Of a stretch of 64,000 nt of DNA, positions 59,709 to 64,000 are shown in pieces. The notes under the pieces were generated by a model, which was not told the DNA's origin, did no database searches, and saw only the letters and a program-made list of their open reading frames with translations. The stretch is from Ostreococcus lucimarinus (lineage: Eukaryota), in the NCBI GenBank assembly GCA_000092065.1, contig CP000596.1. One strand, written 5' to 3'. Each line of letters starts with the position of its first letter. Positions within the stretch are counted from its first letter, which is position 1. The translations under genes and the position numbers were made by a program.

Positions 59709-61157
59709 ATGACGAAAGAAACGAGCGCCCACAACGCCGAGCGCGCGCCGTTGGTCGTGAAAACCACCGCGCGCGATGCGGTGGACGTAGAGATTGCCGA
59801 TCGCGCGCGTCACGCGGGCGGTGAAGGCGAAGCAACGCCGACAGCGCGAGGAAAGTGGTCGATCGCGGGCAGAGCGGCGTTGGCGGTGGCGTGCGCGACG
59901 TTCGCGGCGGTGGGCGTCGCGCGCGCGTCCACCGTTCGTCGCGGTGGTGAGGTCGTGACGTTGTTCCCCGAACTAGGTGGGGTTTCGGAGTGGCGCAGGG
60001 ACTTCGTGGCGGGGAAGATTGCGCCGGGGCGGAAGTTTAGCGACACGGTGCCGAGCAAGACGTGCGTGCGACAAACGAGCCGGAATAGATTGGAGGACGT
60101 GGAAAAGTATTACATCGTGAGGGCGATGAATCACGAAAACGAGCTGCATAAGGGTAATAAAACGATCGCGGCGATGCCGACGTACGATCACATAAAGGCG
60201 GAGTCGATGTTCATGACGGGCATGGTGAACAAGAATTCAGAGTCGCCGTACATGTTGCCGTCAAGCGGGTACGAGAAGAGCATCAAGCAGTCCGGAAACT
60301 CGGCGATGATGTATAATTTCGTGCACATTCCCAAGGCTGGGGGGACGTACTTGTGCGAAGTTTTGCAGCAGGTGCAATCTCATTTGGACGCTCGACACGG
60401 GAGCGTCTTTGGAAATTACAACCTGTACCGCGACCCATGGTCCATGAAACCGCTCTTAGACGCCACGTCGCGCAATGTTTGGCAAACCACGCATCTCATG
60501 AAAAGTAAGCTCAAGGCGTTTACCGACGAAAATCTGGCGAGAGGCTACGCCAAGGGCCAGCGGATGATGTCGAAGGGGTCGTATAATATGGGCTTGTGCT
60601 CAACCACGGAGGCGCCGTGCATGTACCTCACCGTTTTACGAAATCCCTTTCAGCGCTTTATGAGTCACTACAAGTATTCTTGCCTCGAAGGCGCGGAGAA
60701 CCGAGCGATGTGGATGCCGGCTTGGAAAAAGCAAGGCTCGTGTCCACTCAACCCATTGGAATGGTTTTACTTCACGCAAGGCGACGATTGGACGCATCTG
60801 ATCGCCCCGGGGGCGTTCCCGCGTGACTCCCAGTGTCACATCGACGCCGCGAAGAATAATTTAATGAGTGGTTGCATGCGATACTTGATCACGGAGAACT
60901 TGCACGACGGATTAGCCAAGCTTAAGAATAAGCTTCCAGATTTCGCGACGTTGGATCTCAACGCCGTCAAGTCGCTCTTCAAGAATGACAGCGCTGGTCG
61001 ATTAACGCCGGCGCTGCAAGCGAGGTTGAAGCGGTACGAGGAAGATAAGAACATGATGCACCAGATCAAACAAGGACTGTGGCATCAAACGAAAATTTAC
61101 AACTTTGCCGTAGAGAACTACGAAAAGTCGTGGGACAGAGACATTCAGACGTGCTGA
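59709..61157 (+). CDS. Type-II membrane carbohydrate sulfotransferase, paralog 2, a tandem duplicate of 57823-59406
   Basis: The protein has FVHIPKAGGTYL and YLTVLRNPFQRFMSHYKYSCL, and is collinear with paralog 1 along its whole length (…CMRYLITENLHDGLAKL vs …CLRYLILEKYEDGLDKL). The start ATG 59709 aligns with the paralog-1 N-terminus (…DVEIA…). An alternative ATG lies at 59472. Confidence 0.7.
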   Translation: MTKETSAHNAERAPLVVKTTARDAVDVEIADRARHAGGEGEATPTARGKWSIAGRAALAVACATFAAVGVARASTVRRGGEVVTLFPELGGVSEWRRDFVAGKIAPGRKFSDTVPSKTCVRQTSRNRLEDVEKYYIVRAMNHENELHKGNKTIAAMPTYDHIKAESMFMTGMVNKNSESPYMLPSSGYEKSIKQSGNSAMMYNFVHIPKAGGTYLCEVLQQVQSHLDARHGSVFGNYNLYRDPWSMKPLLDATSRNVWQTTHLMKSKLKAFTDENLARGYAKGQRMMSKGSYNMGLCSTTEAPCMYLTVLRNPFQRFMSHYKYSCLEGAENRAMWMPAWKKQGSCPLNPLEWFYFTQGDDWTHLIAPGAFPRDSQCHIDAAKNNLMSGCMRYLITENLHDGLAKLKNKLPDFATLDLNAVKSLFKNDSAGRLTPALQARLKRYEEDKNMMHQIKQGLWHQTKIYNFAVENYEKSWDRDIQTC

Positions 61158-61227
61158 GACCAATCGAGAAAATCTGTTGTAATATGCAAAACGCTAATTA
61201 GTGGTGCTAACCCGCTGAGATGCTCGC

Positions 61228-62391
61228 CTAGACCGCAGCCGAGCCGATGCCGCCCGTTGTGGCGGCGGCGATCCCCTCCCGATACGCCTCGGCGCGCGCC
61301 TGCTCGAGCGTGTGCCCGCCGCTGCGGAACGAGCTGTACACCCAGCGAATAGCCAAGACGGACAAGACGGAGTCCGCCGCGAACAGCAGCATGACGATGG
61401 TGTGCATGACGCCAATGGTCTTGTTGCCTTGCAGCGCTTCGTTGAGATTCAATATTCCGCACAGCGACCATTTCTGCGCGCCGAACATGTTCGGCGGCGC
61501 CAGGGTGGCGAAGAAGACGAATCCGATGTGCACCATGAACATCAAGAAGAACCAAAGGAACCCGAACGCGCGGTCGGTTTTGCACGAATTATAAACTCGT
61601 CTGTACCACAACATGTAGGCACCGGGGATGCCACACACCATGTATATGAACGCCATGAGAAACGCCGCGAAGTCCATGTGCAAGAACATGCGCGCCATGG
61701 CCACGAAAAAGTTGCTCACGAGGGCGAGCGCGAAGACGCAGTACACCGTGTAACAGAACTTCACGCACGATCGGTGCTGCGGATGAATCTCGTCGGAGAT
61801 GTTGTGGTACGTGAACGCCCAGAACGAGAACGGCCAGTTCGGCGTCTTCCCTCCCCCTCCGCTTCGCGCCGACCGCTCGCGAACCTCCAAGTCGCGCTCT
61901 CGCCGTAAAATTTCCGCCTCGCGACGCTCGAGGTCGCGTCGCGCCGCCGTCAACGTCGCCGCCGACGCGCCACCGCCGCCCGCGCTCGTCCCCATCGCGC
62001 CTTGCGTCCCCCCCACCGCGGACGCGGACGAAGACCCGCCGCCGAACGCGCCCTTAAACGCGCTCGTCGCCGATCGAAACGCCGACCGCCCGCCCTCCGC
62101 GGCCGCCTCCACCCCTCCCGTCGCCCCAGCCCCCGCCGCGACGTCGTACGCCCCGAACGTCGAGTGCGGCGCCCCCCCGCTTCCCACCGCTCGCTCGTAC
62201 GCGCTCTCCGGCATCGGCACGTCCGGCAGCGTCTCGCCGACCCCCCCCGCGCCGCCGCCCTCCGTCGTCGTCGACGCCCCCTCGAACGGGTTACTGAACC
62301 CATCCTGCGACTCGTCGCTCGCGCGTCGCGCGCGTCCGCTCTCGAACGGGTTCGACGCCCGCGCGGGCGTCGTCTCGAACGGGTTGCTCAT
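61228..62391 (-). CDS. SCAMP: Secretory carrier membrane protein (SCAMP)
   Basis: There are three N-terminal NPF repeats (NPFE) and a coiled-coil. The SCAMP box is KTPNWPFSFWAFTYHNISDEI. Four TM helices follow, then a C-terminal tail. Confidence 0.85.
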   Translation of the reverse strand: MSNPFETTPARASNPFESGRARRASDESQDGFSNPFEGASTTTEGGGAGGVGETLPDVPMPESAYERAVGSGGAPHSTFGAYDVAAGAGATGGVEAAAEGGRSAFRSATSAFKGAFGGGSSSASAVGGTQGAMGTSAGGGGASAATLTAARRDLERREAEILRRERDLEVRERSARSGGGGKTPNWPFSFWAFTYHNISDEIHPQHRSCVKFCYTVYCVFALALVSNFFVAMARMFLHMDFAAFLMAFIYMVCGIPGAYMLWYRRVYNSCKTDRAFGFLWFFLMFMVHIGFVFFATLAPPNMFGAQKWSLCGILNLNEALQGNKTIGVMHTIVMLLFAADSVLSVLAIRWVYSSFRSGGHTLEQARAEAYREGIAAATTGGIGSAAV

Positions 62392-62411
62392 TCGAACGCG
62401 TCGGATCGAAT

Positions 62412-62446
62412 CAAATCTTCAAATCTTCAAATCTTTCGCAAATCTG
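62412..62446. repeat. (CAAATCTT)n tandem octamer (three or four copies), 20 bp upstream of the SCAMP ATG in the SCAMP/SET bidirectional promoter
   Basis: The sequence reads tcaaatcttcaaatcttcaaatctttcgcaaatctg. Confidence 0.5.
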
Positions 62447-62623
62447 TGCGCGTTCGCGCCCCTCGCGAAGCGTCGCGACGGATTCGCGCGTAAAGCGTCG
62501 CTCGTGGGCGTCCCGCGTCTCTCCCGCGCGCGAACCCGCGGCGGCGCGCGGCGTCAGCGCGCGAACCGCGTCGCGAAATGCCGAATCCGCAGCGTCACTG
62601 CGCGACGCCGATCGATCGACGAC

Positions 62624-64000
62624 ATGGCGCCGAGCGACGCGCTGACGCGATTGCTCGAAGAAACCCCGCTCACGACGGACGCGTGGGTGCAGTGCGATTC
62701 GTGCGAGACGTGGCGCCGCGTCCCGCGCGTCGTCGCGGACCGGTTGGGGGAAAACACGGCGTGGTTTTGTCATCAGAATTTGGATCAGAAATTCTCGACG
62801 TGCGACGACGCGCAGGAGCTGAGCGACGACGAGATCGATCGGTTGATGCGCGCGCAGGCGCATGCGGCGACGAGCGCGGCGAACGGTGAGGACGCGTGCG
62901 ATGGGGATTCGAACGCGAGGGCGCGCGGGCGCGCGGTGACGAACGAGTGGTACAGGACGACGCGAAACATATTCGCGCACCGAGCGCCGAGGACGCCGTC
63001 GGAGGACGACGCGATGATCTGCGCGTGCGCGCCGGAGAGCGGCGCGGGGTGCGGGAGCGATTGTTTGAATCGATTGGTGCTGAGCGAGTGCGATCCGGCG
63101 CACTGTCCGTGCGGGAGCGCGTGCGGGAATCAGAGGATGAGTCGGGGGGAGAGCAGAGCGACGACGGTGCGACGAACGGGGAAAAAGGGACACGGGTTGT
63201 TCGCCGCGGAGCGCGTCGGCGCGGGGGAGTTCGTGTTGGAGTACTGCGGGGAGGTTTTGCACGAGGAGGCGTACAAGGAACGGAAGCGGCGGTATCAAGA
63301 CGAGGGAAGGAGTCATTATTACTTCATGACGCTGTCGAGCAGCGAAACGATCGACGCGACGATTCGAGGAAACGAGGGGCGGTTTTTAAATCACTCGTGC
63401 GCGCCGAATTGCGAGACGCAAAAGTGGATGGTTCGCGGGGAGCTGTGCATCGGAATATTCGCCACGCGAGACATCGAGGAGGGGGAGGAGCTGACGATCG
63501 ATTACAAGTTTGAGCGCTTCGGTGAGAAACCGTCGCGATGCTACTGCATGGCGGGCGCGTGTTGCGGGTGGATCGGCGGCGCGAAAGCCGCCGAGGCGGC
63601 CAAGGCGTACAACGTCGACGGCGACGACGACGAGGGGCACGAGGACGATCCGGAGCCGATAATGCGCGAACTCGACGAGGCGCTCATCGCGCAAGAAGAA
63701 GCCAAGGGACGAGAACAGATGGCGGACAAGTACGCACCGAAAAAGGTGGCCGTCAAGGCCGAAAACAAGTCTTGGCGACCGCCCGAGGAGGTTCGCGAAA
63801 TCGAGCGACAGCGCAAGGCGACGGAACGAGACGAAAACCGCGCGGCGCGCGCGGCGAGATCGAGCGGTGGCTCCAACGTCCGTCGCGTCAAGATTCCCGC
63901 GGGTTCGTACGCGCAAAAGTGGAGCGCGATGTCCGCCGGGGCGAAGAAGCGGACCGAGGTCGATCTCACCATGGAGGAGTTGCAATCCACGACTGGGGGG
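62624..64000 (+). CDS. SET-domain histone-lysine methyltransferase of the SET2/ASH1 (H3K36) class with an N-terminal CW-type zinc finger. It is 5'-complete and 3'-truncated by the window end.
   Basis: The ORF opens at ATG 62624 and runs to the window end without a stop, so it is absent from the ORF track. The CW domain reads WVQCDSCETWRRVPRVVADRLGENTAWFCHQN. The AWS region reads CACAPESGAGCGSDCLNRLVLSECDPAHCPCGSACGNQRM. The SET domain reads GKKGHGLFAAERVGAGEFVLEYCGEVL…RFLNHSCAPNCETQKWMVRGELCIGIFATRDIEEGEELTIDYKFERFG. The post-SET segment reads CYCMAGACCGW. Confidence 0.85.
   Translation, partial: MAPSDALTRLLEETPLTTDAWVQCDSCETWRRVPRVVADRLGENTAWFCHQNLDQKFSTCDDAQELSDDEIDRLMRAQAHAATSAANGEDACDGDSNARARGRAVTNEWYRTTRNIFAHRAPRTPSEDDAMICACAPESGAGCGSDCLNRLVLSECDPAHCPCGSACGNQRMSRGESRATTVRRTGKKGHGLFAAERVGAGEFVLEYCGEVLHEEAYKERKRRYQDEGRSHYYFMTLSSSETIDATIRGNEGRFLNHSCAPNCETQKWMVRGELCIGIFATRDIEEGEELTIDYKFERFGEKPSRCYCMAGACCGWIGGAKAAEAAKAYNVDGDDDEGHEDDPEPIMRELDEALIAQEEAKGREQMADKYAPKKVAVKAENKSWRPPEEVREIERQRKATERDENRAARAARSSGGSNVRRVKIPAGSYAQKWSAMSAGAKKRTEVDLTMEELQSTTGG

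Noticed and set aside
1-64000. Prokaryotic interpretation (operons, RBS, phage/defence island) or giant-virus origin
   Set aside because: The window holds spliced nuclear genes (RPL30e, eIF1, FKBP) with GT…AG introns, cytosolic ribosomal and translation factors, organelle transit peptides, bidirectional promoters and TGTAA-type poly(A) signals. It has no Shine-Dalgarno pattern and no operon-like co-orientation.

Overview
This 64-kb window is a GC-rich, very gene-dense, intron-poor eukaryotic nuclear segment, not prokaryotic. Gene content is Viridiplantae-typical: ORANGE (OR) protein, SufE-fused quinolinate synthase, plastid-type MinE, pheophytinase-like hydrolase, FAD2-type desaturase, MAP3K-epsilon, Listerin, RPL30e and eIF1/SUI1. 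Sequence style points to a picoplanktonic prasinophyte green alga of the Mamiellophyceae (Ostreococcus/Micromonas-like): GAC/GCG/CGC-rich codons, CGCGCG runs, extensin-like (S)PPPP spacers, TGTAA-type poly(A) signals and 80-420 nt introns. That assignment is an inference; no database search was possible. I call about 33 protein-coding genes on both strands with very short intergenic spacers (20-650 bp). Three genes are spliced (RPL30e, eIF1/SUI1, a lumenal FKBP). Their introns share a GTGCG(T/C) donor and an identical GAGACTGACGA branch-point block. No rRNA, tRNA, transposon or CRISPR array was recognised. Many long antisense or out-of-frame ORFs in the six-frame track are GC-driven artefacts (Arg/Ala-rich) and were rejected. 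The items most worth a second look are: (1) a 12.3-kb single-exon gene for a 4,100-aa cell-surface protein (signal peptide, TSP1-like motif, extensin-like PPPS spacers, LamG-like region, an EF-hand/dockerin-like pair, one C-terminal TM helix) carrying a roughly 600-bp in-frame tandem repeat array and much lower GC than its flanks; (2) a secretory-pathway glycan-modification block, a type-II GT77-like glycosyltransferase divergent from two tandemly duplicated type-II carbohydrate sulfotransferases; (3) a three-part fusion of FAD amine oxidase, cyclopropane-fatty-acid synthase and a C-terminal polytopic membrane domain; (4) a GH16-like protein whose catalytic E-x-D-x-x-E is Q-I-D-I-M-Q and whose topology is odd; (5) telo-box-like elements (AAACCCTAAA inside the RPL30e intron; a perfect 16-bp palindrome AACCCTAGCTAGGGTT in the OR/QS bidirectional promoter).
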